A stretch of DNA of 64,000 nucleotides from Methanocaldococcus sp. 28A (GTDB lineage Archaea; AGJL01; Methanococci; Methanococcales; Methanocaldococcaceae), in NCBI GenBank assembly GCA_049852185.1, contig CP187540.1, one strand, 5' to 3'. The notes under the pieces are model-generated. The model did not search any database. It worked only from the letters and a program-made list of their open reading frames with translations, and had not been told where the DNA came from. Position 1 is the first letter of the stretch. Every line of letters starts with the position of its first letter. Made by a program: the position numbers and the translations under genes. This document shows positions 1 to 9,461 of the stretch, piece after piece.

Positions 1-1457
1 TAAGTATATTCTTTAGCAATTTTTTCAAGTTTGTTTTTAATTTGTTCTTTATAATCTTCTTCTGTAGGTCTAAATGCAAATATCTCTAACATACTGGATG
101 ATTCAATACACTTATCTAAGTCATTTTCATGTATTTTGAATTCTAAATATTCAGCTAAAGTTTGTTCCTCTTTATTATCCGTTATAACTTTAATATCTGC
201 TTGAACATCTCTTGTAAATACTGGAGGCAACATATTCTTAAAAATTATAAAGGTAAATTCTGGATTTATGCTCTCAAGTTCTTCCTTAATTTTAAGAAAT
301 AATTGCTTATCATATTTAAGTATTCCAAATTCTTCTAATTTAAGTTCATAGTATCTTTTTGGTAAGCTTCTTTTCAAAAAATTCTCAATCCAAAATTTAA
401 CATTTAAATCTTTATATTTATTGTCTTCCAGTTCTAATATCTCTTTAAGAAACAAATTATCTGTCCAAAATGAAAAATTAAGTAAAATTTCATCAGTTAA
501 TCTCTTGGAAGAATCATCATCTATTGGAAGAATTTTTTTGATATCTTCCTCATCTAATTTATCAAATGCTTCAGATAGTATTCTAATTAACATAGCATCA
601 GTAATGTTTCGAACATGATGCGTATAAACATTCTTATACATTTTATATCTGGCTATTCTTAAACTCCATGTTTCAATCGCTCCTTTTGGTGATACACCTA
701 ATGTAAAATCTTCACTTATTCTAACGTTTCTCCACAACCTTTCTAAATCATAGTATCCATACATAACACCACAATGATACGAATCTCGCAATAAATAGTC
801 CCCCTTATCAACATCTAATGAACTATCTATTATACTTCTTAGTATTTTTTGGAGAAAAGTTAAATCTTCTATCTTGTAATCTTTATTAAGAACACGTAAA
901 ACAGTATTTGCTACAGCCTCTTTAACTTTTTTATAATCTCCAGAATCTGGACCTGAAAGATAACATTCTCTTATTATATGTTTTGCTATCTCAAAACCTA
1001 CTCTTTCATGATTGTAATTTAAGTCTTTTTTTGTGTAATTTAGAGAATCCTCTAACGTATGGCTAAATGGTGCATGACCAACATCATGTAACAATCCAAT
1101 TAATCCTGCTGAAGCTACAAAGAATTGATTTTTCATCTCATCAGATTTTAGATTTTCAGTATTAGGGTCATCATCAATAGCATTGTATATCCTTTCCTTA
1201 GAGATATCATCATTCAGCAAGGTTATTGCTATCAACATTGAAAGATACATCGTGCCTATTGAATGCTCAAATCTTGAGTGTTGGGCAGAAGGATAAACAA
1301 GCTGTTCAAGTGGTAGTTGGCTAACCCATCGTAACCTTTGAAGATATTTAATATCAATTACCTGAACAAATTCATAAGGAACTTCGATAAATTTATATAT
1401 TGGGTCCCTAATTAGCTTAACATTATTTGATGGGAAATATTTAGATACAATATACAT
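1..1457 (-). CDS. HD-domain phosphohydrolase, SAMHD1/YwfO-like dNTP triphosphohydrolase (3' end at window edge)
   Basis: Translated by hand from ATG at 1457 (GGGGAGGA RBS upstream): MYIVSKYFPSNNVKLIRDPIYKFI...LQRLRWVSQL...YPSAQHSRFEHSIG...LLHDVGHAPFSH...DVDKGDYLLRDSYHCG. The frame is open to the window edge. It is absent from the supplied ORF track because no complete stop codon is in the window. Confidence 0.9.
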   Translation of the reverse strand, partial: MYIVSKYFPSNNVKLIRDPIYKFIEVPYEFVQVIDIKYLQRLRWVSQLPLEQLVYPSAQHSRFEHSIGTMYLSMLIAITLLNDDISKERIYNAIDDDPNTENLKSDEMKNQFFVASAGLIGLLHDVGHAPFSHTLEDSLNYTKKDLNYNHERVGFEIAKHIIRECYLSGPDSGDYKKVKEAVANTVLRVLNKDYKIEDLTFLQKILRSIIDSSLDVDKGDYLLRDSYHCGVMYGYYDLERLWRNVRISEDFTLGVSPKGAIETWSLRIARYKMYKNVYTHHVRNITDAMLIRILSEAFDKLDEEDIKKILPIDDDSSKRLTDEILLNFSFWTDNLFLKEILELEDNKYKDLNVKFWIENFLKRSLPKRYYELKLEEFGILKYDKQLFLKIKEELESINPEFTFIIFKNMLPPVFTRDVQADIKVITDNKEEQTLAEYLEFKIHENDLDKCIESSSMLEIFAFRPTEEDYKEQIKNKLEKIAKEYT

Positions 1458-1481
1458 TTATCCTCCCCCACAATAACTAAT

Positions 1482-1985
1482 TTAAGTATTTTTAATTATT
1501 TCCTCAATTTTTTTCATTTTTTCTATTAATGATTGAATTTTATTATCATTTAATGAACTTAATTCCGTCCAGCCCAATATTTTACTCTTTAATTTCATTA
1601 ATTCGATATCTTCCTTTGAAAGTGCCTCATCTCCTTTGTCTTTTTTTATCGTATATAATATATAGTTAATTTTAGCTAATAGTGATATTTCCTTAACTGA
1701 AATGTTCTCATTCTTTATGAACTCTATTAGTTTGTCAATTTTACTTTTGTATTCATTACTACTTTCAATTTCTTTTTCCCAAATAGAAACTAATTTTGGA
1801 TTCACCTCTAAATATTGTATAACCCTCTGTATATTCGGACTGTATGGTCCATATAAATAAGGAATATATAGCTCCTTACGTAGTTCTGGAAATATAAAAT
1901 ATGTAATTTTTTGCACGTATGTTCTCCCATACATTCCGTTTTCTTTTAATTTGTTAATTATATATGCAATTACACCCCTTATCAT
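1482..1985 (-). CDS. YwgA/SocA(Panacea)-like protein co-transcribed with the HD hydrolase
   Basis: Motif GRTYVQKITYF...YIPYLYGPYS resembles the QK..Y..YGPYS signature; it lies 24 bp upstream of the HD gene. Confidence 0.6.
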   Translation of the reverse strand: MIRGVIAYIINKLKENGMYGRTYVQKITYFIFPELRKELYIPYLYGPYSPNIQRVIQYLEVNPKLVSIWEKEIESSNEYKSKIDKLIEFIKNENISVKEISLLAKINYILYTIKKDKGDEALSKEDIELMKLKSKILGWTELSSLNDNKIQSLIEKMKKIEEIIKNT

Positions 1986-2265
1986 GAATATCCCTCTTTC
2001 GTGCTCTTAATTTATTATTTTAAATTATAATAGAATATAATAAGAAATATATACAATATTCGGTTATTTAGTATTTCTTTTTTTCGATTTTTTTCTCTTT
2101 GCATATTTTATCACCTCTTTTTTATTTGTGTTATATTTTGTTTATAATATTTATAGCCAAACCTTATTTGGTATCTTCTACATCTACGAAAGTTGCCCTA
2201 ACTACGTAATAAAATAAAACTCAACAAATTGGCTTTATTTTTGTGAGATATGGTTTAATATTTTT

Positions 2266-2485
2266 AGTTGCACTAAGTTGCAAATAGTTGCAAAATATTT
2301 CACGAAGTTGCAGGCAAGTTGCAGAGTTTTTCGCTATAAATAAATATATTAAATATATATAATATAAATAAAAAAATATAACTTGTTATTATATTATATT
2401 TTTATATATATTATATAAGTGCAACTTTTGCAACTTTTCTCTTTTTTCCGAGTTTTTTGCAACTTGTTTGCAACTTACTGCAACT
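2266..2485. repeat. Inverted arrays of the AGTTGCA heptamer flanking an AT-rich core; putative replication origin (iterons)
   Basis: AGTTGCA at 2266, 2276, 2286, 2306 and 2317; TGCAACT at 2420, 2429, 2458, 2469 and 2479. The spacer ~2335-2418 is almost purely A/T. Three more AGTTRCA copies lie at 2637-2663. Confidence 0.75.
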
Positions 2486-2711
2486 ATGCCTTAAAATCAA
2501 TAAATTGCAATAATAAAGAATTATAGGCAATTGTTCAAAAAAATAAGGATTTTTAGGACTTTTAGAAAATTGAACATTATCAGACATTATTGTTGAGTAT
2601 TCTACATATTTTTAATAAATTATTCTGATTTTACAAAGTTACAAGAAAGTTGCAAAAGTTACAAAGAAATATTTAATTATTTTTGTTATTTTGTTAATTT
2701 GTATATTTGGA

Positions 2712-3047
2712 TTAAATATTAGATGATATTAGATTAATTAATAATGATTGTTTTTTAGGAGTAAGTTCTGGAATAACCTCTTCAAGCATATACAATAAAA
2801 CTGCTTTTTTACCTAACTCGGTTAGTTTGCACATTCTTTGAGGTAACCTATATCTTGATTCTTCTTCCCATGTATTTATTAACCCTTCTTCTTCCAGTTC
2901 ATTTAACCTCCTCGTTAATGAGCCATCAGGAATGTGCGTTAATTTTTTGAGAGTCCCATAATTCATTGTTCCATGTTTATAAAGCGTTAATAAAATTTCT
3001 TTAACATACTTTTTTCCTAAAATTGATATTAACCCCATAAAAATCAC
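2712..3047 (-). CDS. HxlR/MarR-type winged-helix transcriptional regulator
   Basis: ILGKKYVKEIL...SLTRRLNELEEEGLI...LTELGKK wHTH pattern. Confidence 0.85.
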   Translation of the reverse strand: MIFMGLISILGKKYVKEILLTLYKHGTMNYGTLKKLTHIPDGSLTRRLNELEEEGLINTWEEESRYRLPQRMCKLTELGKKAVLLYMLEEVIPELTPKKQSLLINLISSNI

Positions 3048-3081
3048 TAATTTACTTTATTTTTTAGATATATAACAGAAC

Positions 3082-3414
3082 TTAACAACTACTTTCTATA
3101 ACTTTATCTCCATAAATAATCTTAATTGGTTTTTTATCATCTTTCTTTAAAATATTACAAAGTTCATAAACTATTAAGACTCTTTTACCAAAATCAGTTA
3201 GTGAATAGTAAGTTTTTGGTAATAAATTTCCAGCATCTTCTCTTCTTTTATTAAGTATTCCAGCATTTACTAATTCTTCTAACACATTTCCTAAGGTTCC
3301 CTTGTGAATTTGTAAATCCTTATGAAGTTGCCCAAAATGAACTTCGCCATGAATTGCCAAATATTGAAGGATTTCTTTAACATGTTTTTTTGCAAGTAGT
3401 TTTATAAGGTCCAT
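3082..3414 (-). CDS. HxlR/MarR-type winged-helix transcriptional regulator
   Basis: LLAKKHVKEIL...TLGNVLEELVNAGIL...LPKTYYSLTDFGKR. Confidence 0.85.
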   Translation of the reverse strand: MDLIKLLAKKHVKEILQYLAIHGEVHFGQLHKDLQIHKGTLGNVLEELVNAGILNKRREDAGNLLPKTYYSLTDFGKRVLIVYELCNILKKDDKKPIKIIYGDKVIESSC

Positions 3415-3439
3415 AAAAAATCACCAAGCATCATTGTAT

Positions 3440-3817
3440 TTATATACTTGCATGTGCATTATTTGTATTAACATCAAATGTAATTTTATTCTCCCCAGCA
3501 ATTTCTAAACTGACTGTGCTTATTAAAGACTCTTTTTCTAATTTATCAACAATGTCTTCAATTTTATAGAGAATTAAAGCACTTCTACCTTTTGGAGTAA
3601 TCCCGTAATAGGATTTTGGTAATTTTTGTCCAGTATCAACTTCCCATTTTTCAACAAGACCAGCTTCTATAAGTTCATTTAAAATATTTGTTAATATTTT
3701 CGAATTTATCTTTAATGTTTTTTGAATTTCACTAAAATACATATTCTTTTTGTTTAGCAGTTCTAAAATCTCTCTTGCATGTTTTTTTGCCAATATTTTA
3801 ATTATCATTTCTCTCAC
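3440..3817 (-). CDS. HxlR/MarR-type winged-helix transcriptional regulator
   Basis: ILAKKHAREIL...YFSEIQKTL...LNELIEAGLVEK...LPKSYYGITPKGR. Confidence 0.85.
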   Translation of the reverse strand: MREMIIKILAKKHAREILELLNKKNMYFSEIQKTLKINSKILTNILNELIEAGLVEKWEVDTGQKLPKSYYGITPKGRSALILYKIEDIVDKLEKESLISTVSLEIAGENKITFDVNTNNAHASI

Positions 3818-3986
3818 CCTTTATTTTTTTATTTTTTTAACCCTTTTGTTAAAAGATAACTAATTTCAATTTAGGTAGTAATTGTTATATATTGACAAAC
3901 TATCATTTTCTACGGTTATTTCGAAAAGTTTATATAGTATAATTATACAATAACTTACCATTAGGTAATAACTGTATGAAGGTGAG

Positions 3987-4175
3987 ATGTTGAAAGTCCA
4001 AAAAGAAACTTGGAAAAAACCAAGAAATGTAAGAATAGCTTTAGTAGGGTACATCAAAGAGCAAGGAAACTCTGCAGGATTTTATCCTTACATTCCTAAA
4101 GAATACATTGGAAAAAGAGCATTATTAATCATAGATTCAGACGATGAAGAAGAATTTGAAAAAATTAAAAATTAA
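3987..4175 (+). CDS. DUF2080-like small (AbrB-type) mobile-element protein
   Basis: GNSAG..YIPKEYIGKRALLII motif; GGTGAG RBS. Confidence 0.65.
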   Translation: MLKVQKETWKKPRNVRIALVGYIKEQGNSAGFYPYIPKEYIGKRALLIIDSDDEEEFEKIKN

Positions 4176-4184
4176 GGTGATAAC

Positions 4185-5444
4185 ATGGATGAAGTTAGCG
4201 AAAAAATCTTATCATATTTATCAAAAGTAAATAAAGCATCCAATAGAGAATTGGCTGAGGAACTTGGGATTAATAAAGGGACCATATCAAAAGTTTTAAG
4301 AGACCTCCAAGATAGGGGAATAATCAAAGTTGTAGGACAAGAAAGTAAGACCAAATACTACGCCCTTGTTAGACCCTTCCAACAAGCCAGTAGTGATGAT
4401 AACCAAATTCAACACATCCAAATCCCAAAGGATATTAACACAATAACAGGTATTAGAGCTATTATTAGGAATGCTTTAAGTCAGAATAATTGGCATTCTA
4501 CATCTTATAGTCTCCCATTAACAGCACTCTTAATTAGCAAATACACAAATTTGAGGTTAATTATCTTTGGCTCTCAGTATGTAGGAAAAACAACATGTAT
4601 AAAGGCAGTTTATCCTGACTTAGAAAATAATCCAAAAATATTGGTAGATATGCATAGGAAAGACATGTATCAATACATAGACATGGTTAAAGACAATATC
4701 AAAATTATAGAGCAACAATATTTGCACGATTGGAGGTTTGAAGACACTAAGATATTTGATAGGTTTGATGTTGTGCCAAAGTCAAGAATTGCCCCAAGTG
4801 AGTTTTTATTTCGATTCCTTCCTTTAAGAATAAAAATGCCTTCAGAGTTTGATAATGACTTTAAATTCTTTACTTTAGATTTAGATGACTTTAAGATAAT
4901 AAAAACAATTCCTAAAGACATAAAAGATAAATTTATTGAAAAACTCAACCACTTAAAGTTCTTTACAATTGATGTTGGAGCTTGTAGGACGTATTTAGAG
5001 ATTTTAAAAGAGAAAGAAATTGCCAATCTCTACCATGTAGATAGAGAAGGAAACATGGACCAACAGCTTTCAGCAAGGCAGTGGAGGATTGAGAGAGAGT
5101 ATAGTGCAGTATTAAAAAATGACTTCTTAACTGTAAATCATAGAAAATTAAAGGGAATAAACGAGCTTTGGCAACCTGTATCTATGGATAATGGGCTTTT
5201 ACACCATGCATTTGAGATTTTAAGGTTTAGTTACTCATTAAATAAAAATCCAGATGTGGCTGTGGATGATGCCTATAGGTTCATGAAATACATTCTCAAA
5301 ACTTTCACTTTGGTTAAAGAGGATTCCTCAAAGAATAATGTATCATATCCTACTCGAAATGTAGAAAGTGGGGAGGGAGTTTTCAGCATTCCTACTGTTG
5401 GAAGTAGTTATTTCATCCCTGCTAATAAGATGGTAATTCCTTAA
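4185..5444 (+). CDS. N-terminal wHTH plus P-loop NTPase-like protein, possible replication/regulatory protein of the element
   Basis: HTH NRELAEELGINKGTISKVLRDL; Walker A-like GSQYVGKTT; GGTGAT RBS. Confidence 0.6.
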   Translation: MDEVSEKILSYLSKVNKASNRELAEELGINKGTISKVLRDLQDRGIIKVVGQESKTKYYALVRPFQQASSDDNQIQHIQIPKDINTITGIRAIIRNALSQNNWHSTSYSLPLTALLISKYTNLRLIIFGSQYVGKTTCIKAVYPDLENNPKILVDMHRKDMYQYIDMVKDNIKIIEQQYLHDWRFEDTKIFDRFDVVPKSRIAPSEFLFRFLPLRIKMPSEFDNDFKFFTLDLDDFKIIKTIPKDIKDKFIEKLNHLKFFTIDVGACRTYLEILKEKEIANLYHVDREGNMDQQLSARQWRIEREYSAVLKNDFLTVNHRKLKGINELWQPVSMDNGLLHHAFEILRFSYSLNKNPDVAVDDAYRFMKYILKTFTLVKEDSSKNNVSYPTRNVESGEGVFSIPTVGSSYFIPANKMVIP

Positions 5445-5550
5445 TTATCAAAGGAGGAGGGGTAAATCTGGATAAAATATTGTATCACTTACAGCTTGAC
5501 ATTAAGAGAACATACGAGCTATATAAAATATTAGTCTTTTGGTGAGAGGT

Positions 5551-5793
5551 ATGAAAGCTGCTTTTAGTTTATGTAAGAATATAGATAGTAGGATGCTGAG
5601 ATATTATATCCATAAGCTGGAACATCTTGGACATATAGACCCTTTGAAACTTAAGGAGGTTATTGAGGCTAAGAAGAAGTATAGAAAAATTATAACATTA
5701 TCTAACAAAGAGGCTGAGATTTTGAGTAAATATGGAAAAGCATCAAATCTTTACATAAATTATTTAATGTTGGTGGATGGGGATGAGGAATGA
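5551..5793 (+). CDS. MJ0366/DUF2540-like ribbon-helix-helix protein
   Basis: KNIDSRMLRYYIHKLE...EAKKKYRKIITL...GKASNL closely resembles MJ0366 as I recall it; it overlaps the integrase start. Confidence 0.7.
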   Translation: MKAAFSLCKNIDSRMLRYYIHKLEHLGHIDPLKLKEVIEAKKKYRKIITLSNKEAEILSKYGKASNLYINYLMLVDGDEE

Positions 5794-6766
5794 GAATGAA
5801 AATTTCAATTTTAATCTTTTGCTTATAAAAAAGCCGAGAGGAGAAGAATTTGAGGAAACTGATGAAATTAGACATTGGTTAGAAAAATTTAAAGAGGAAA
5901 GGGAATTCGATGGGATAAAGCCAGAGACTATAAAAGGAGATTTAGCGAGGTTAAAAGTTTTTTTAGGTTTCTGTTATCACAGATTAAACAAATCTCCTGA
6001 TAAGCTTAAAACTCATGATTTTGTTAAGTTTTTCAATTATTTAGAAAAAGAGAGGGGAGTGTCTAAGAATACACAGAGAAAATACTATCTTTTGTTAAAA
6101 GTGTTTTACAAAGTTATGAGGATGCAGCATGTTATAAAAGAGTTTGTTGAAGAGAGTAGGGAAAGAAAGAGGTTTGCTAAGATTGAGATTAAGAAGAGAG
6201 ACCCTGCAGATGCTGAAATAATTAACATGGTCCTACAGAAAATAATGGAGTCAAGGAGTAGAACTAAAATTAGAGATGCTTTGATTATCAGGTTTAAGTG
6301 GGATACTGGTTGTAGAATTTCTGAGATATTAAATCTTAGGTTGAAAGATTGTGATTTAGAGAAAGGAGTTTTTAGAATAACTGATACTAAATCTCATGAG
6401 GAGAGAATTGTAGCATGTAGAGAGGACACATTAGAATTTTTGAGGCAGTATGTTCAATTCAATATTAAGAAAGGACCTAATGATTATTTGTTCCAGAACC
6501 ATAAAGGAGAACAAGTTGATAGAAACTGGATTAGTTATGTGTTTAGGAAAGCTGTTAATGAACTAAAAGAAGAGGGCAAGATACCAAAGAATAAGAGAAT
6601 TGTTTTACACTCAGTTAGGAGTGGGAGAATTATGGATTTGTTGGAAAAACTGCCGATTGATGTTGTGAGTGAGATAGTGGGTCATCACAGCATAGAGGTA
6701 ACTATGAGGTATGTGGATGAGAAAAAGAGATTGAGGGATTATATCAAAATACTTAAAAAAATTTAA
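5777..6766 (+). CDS. Tyrosine recombinase/integrase
   Basis: RDALII...DTGCRISE, HSVR, VGH and TMRY catalytic motifs; N-terminal SAM-like domain. Confidence 0.95.
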   Translation: MGMRNENENFNFNLLLIKKPRGEEFEETDEIRHWLEKFKEEREFDGIKPETIKGDLARLKVFLGFCYHRLNKSPDKLKTHDFVKFFNYLEKERGVSKNTQRKYYLLLKVFYKVMRMQHVIKEFVEESRERKRFAKIEIKKRDPADAEIINMVLQKIMESRSRTKIRDALIIRFKWDTGCRISEILNLRLKDCDLEKGVFRITDTKSHEERIVACREDTLEFLRQYVQFNIKKGPNDYLFQNHKGEQVDRNWISYVFRKAVNELKEEGKIPKNKRIVLHSVRSGRIMDLLEKLPIDVVSEIVGHHSIEVTMRYVDEKKRLRDYIKILKKI

Positions 6767-6770
6767 CTCT

Positions 6771-6874
6771 ACTATGCATTGGACTTTTTTACTATGCGGG
6801 ATTTATCCTGCATAGTGAATTAACATTAATGTAAAAAAATTTAACAGGAATGTTTAGAAAATAGACATTAATGT
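6771..6874. promoter_or_regulatory. Putative integrase arm-binding sites next to the att site
   Basis: ACTATGC at 6771 and 6791, inverted GCATAGT at 6810; palindrome ACATTAATGT at 6823 and 6865. Confidence 0.45.
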
Positions 6875-6875
6875 A

Positions 6876-6963
6876 TGGCGCGGGGGCCGGGACTTGAACC
6901 CGGGCTGGGCGAAGCCCAACGGGATTAGCAGTCCCGCGCCGTACCAGGCTGGGCCACCCCCGC
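6876..6963 (-). tRNA. tRNA-Ser(GCT)
   Basis: Reverse complement GCGGGGGTGGCCCAGCCTGG...CGGGA CT GCT AA TCCCG, long variable arm, GTTCAAGTCC, encoded CCA. Confidence 0.97.
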
Positions 6964-6999
6964 TCTAAAAGCCAACAAACATTAATTGAACATAAGAGA

Positions 7000-7015
7000 T
7001 ATATAAACTTTTCGG
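7000..7015 (-). promoter_or_regulatory. BRE/TATA promoter of tRNA-Ser
   Basis: CCGAAAAGTTTATATA on the minus strand, ~35 bp upstream of the tRNA. Confidence 0.75.
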
Positions 7016-7025
7016 GTTGGTGGGG

Positions 7026-8048
7026 GAGGTTGTCGAAAAATATTAAACTAATTGATAGTAGATAATACGAAATATGAAGCAGGAAGAAAATAAGAAAAGG
7101 AGAGAGAAAAAGAAAAGTTCCAAGAAGCGGGAGGGATATTGGAAAGCTTACGACCTTAGATATAAGAAATACGACATAGTGGAGAGATATACATTTATTT
7201 TACGTATTATAAATAAGTTAAATCACCCCTCGATAGAAAGACGAAGGGTAGGTCGAGCTCTAGCTATATCCCATAATGAATATATGGCTGTTCAAATATT
7301 AAAACATATCTACACACTTAGTTTGAGAGACTTAGAGACCATATCGAATATCCTACCAGTAAAGCATTCAAACGAATAGATTATACCTCTTTGTCAGCCT
7401 TACTTACCTTTACGTATGTAATTATAGACAATTTACTGAAACAGCCCACCAATAAAATATATATCGCTGACTCCACGGGTGTTTCCATAAATAGATTATA
7501 TATTGAATGTATTTATCGAGGAAAACGGACTAAACGACGAGTGTTTGATAAATTGCATATTTTAGCATGCTATTATCCTAACTATGGCTATATTCCAGTA
7601 GTTGCTGCCCGTTGGGGCACTAATTATAGTTCCGATAGTGCAAACTTATTAGAAATGCTTAAACAAATCGATTTTTTAGATATTGAATATCTATTGGCTG
7701 ATAGTGGATACGATTGCTGTGAACTGTTCGAATACTCACTAAATCACAACATCTCCCCCATAGTTAAAACTAAAGAGTTTAAATGGGATTATAAAACCAA
7801 TAAGGTTAGAAAACGAATCAAAGGTATGTTTAATCAAAATTTATATAGATACCGTGGAGTCGTGGAATCCATTTTTGGTGGGCTGGAAACTAAAAACCGT
7901 CTAAAATTAAACGATAGATTGCTAAATATTAGACGAAACAGCACTATCGCTGTTGCAATAGTACATAATAATATTAATATTAATGAGATTATTCGGTATT
8001 AATACATAATACTTCATGCTCTTCCTAATTCAATTTTTCGACAACCTC
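7026..8048 (+). mobile_element. IS5-like DDE insertion sequence with a frameshifted transposase
   Basis: Terminal inverted repeats GAGGTTGTCGAAAAAT / ATTTTTCGACAACCTC; split ORFs 7074-7379 and 7391-8002. Confidence 0.85.
7074..8002 (+). pseudogene. DDE transposase (IS5-like), split into two ORFs
   Basis: IADSTG, LLADSGYD and YRYRGVVESIFG motifs. Confidence 0.85.
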
Positions 8049-8132
8049 TGGGTAATCATAAACCTTAAATATCTTTTCCCTATATAGAAATAATAAATAA
8101 TTATGTAATATTTCCTTGTAAAGGATGAAAGA

Positions 8133-9380
8133 ATGGATGAAAGAGATATCATAAAGCGATTATTAAAGAATATCAACAAAGAGAAATATATCTGATTCCA
8201 AGAGACATAAAATTACCAAAAACTAATAAAGCAATATCTATTGTTGGAGTTAGAAGGTCTGGAAAAACATCATTACTTTTTGATTTATTTAAAAAAACAG
8301 AAAAATCCATATTCTTCCCATTAGATGATGATAGAATTTTTCCACCAACTATGAAATTGTAAAGGTTGGTAAAGAAATGTATCCAAATGAAAAGATAACA
8401 TTTTTTTTGATGAAATACAAGAAGTTGAAAATTGGGAAATTGTTATAAAAAGATTAGTTGAGAGGGAAGGACATAATGTTTATTTAACTGGTTCATCTTC
8501 TAAATTATTATCAAAGGAAATTGCTACACAATTAAGAGGAAGAAATTTAAGCGTAGAGTTATATCCATTATCATTTAAGGAATATTTAAGATTTAAGGGT
8601 TTTGAGTTTGATGAAATATTGACAGAGCAAGAGAAGGTGTTAATTTTAAAGTATTTGGATGATTATTTAACTTATGGGGGTTTTCCAGAGGTTGTTCTGG
8701 AAGAAGAAAATAGAGAAGAAATTCTGAGGGAATATTTAAGGACAATCATATTTAGGGATATTGTGGAGAGACATAAAATAAAAAATATCCAAATATTGAA
8801 ACTTTTTATTAAATTTTTAATCAACTATCATACAAAAAAGGTCTCTATAAATAAGTTAGTTAATTATTTCAAGTCATTAGGAATAAAAGTCCGTAAAAAT
8901 ACGTTATATGAGTATTTAGAGTATCTCAATGATTGTTATTTTGTTTTTCCATTAAAAAAGTTCTCTTACAGTTTGAAGGAGATAAATCAAAGTTTATCTA
9001 AACCATATATTATTGATAATGGATTTATTAGAATTTTTGACATTAAACATTCGATGGATAAGGGAAAGTATTTGGAAAATGCTGTTTTCGTTGAACTGAG
9101 AAGAAGGGTTATGTTGAAAATGAAAACATATTTTATTACGAAGACACAATAGGAGAGGTTGATTTTTTAATTAAAGAGGATGAAGAAATAAAATGTTTAA
9201 TAAATGTTTGTTATGATTTAAACTTTGATAATTATAATAGAGAAGTTAAAAAATTTGTTAAAATTGGAAAAAAGTTAAATTGTAATAACTTAATTTTAAT
9301 AACTTTTGATTATGAAGATGTTAATGAAGAAGATTTTAAAGTTAAAGTTATTCCATTTTGGAAATGGTGTCTGTTAAATA
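8133..9380 (+). pseudogene. AAA+ ATPase (AAA_14/DUF4143 family), multiply frameshifted
   Basis: GVRRSGKT, DEIQ, LTGSSSKLLSKE, YGGFPE, LENAVF and EVDF fragments lie in different frames; only 8619-9152 survives as an ORF. Confidence 0.85.
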
Positions 9381-9461
9381 ACTTATAATTTAAAGTTTAC
9401 AATTTATTAAATATTTAAATAATAACTATAAAAAATATATTTGCAAAACTCCTAAATAAAT

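Larger units (their letters stand above)
1..6963. mobile_element. Right arm of an integrative element (integrated plasmid/provirus) inserted at the 3' end of tRNA-Ser(GCT); left end outside the window
   Basis: Tyrosine integrase ends ~110 bp from the tRNA 3' end. Flanking genes are an RHH protein, wHTH regulators, a wHTH-ATPase and accessory cargo, with an iteron-like array. Confidence 0.8.
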
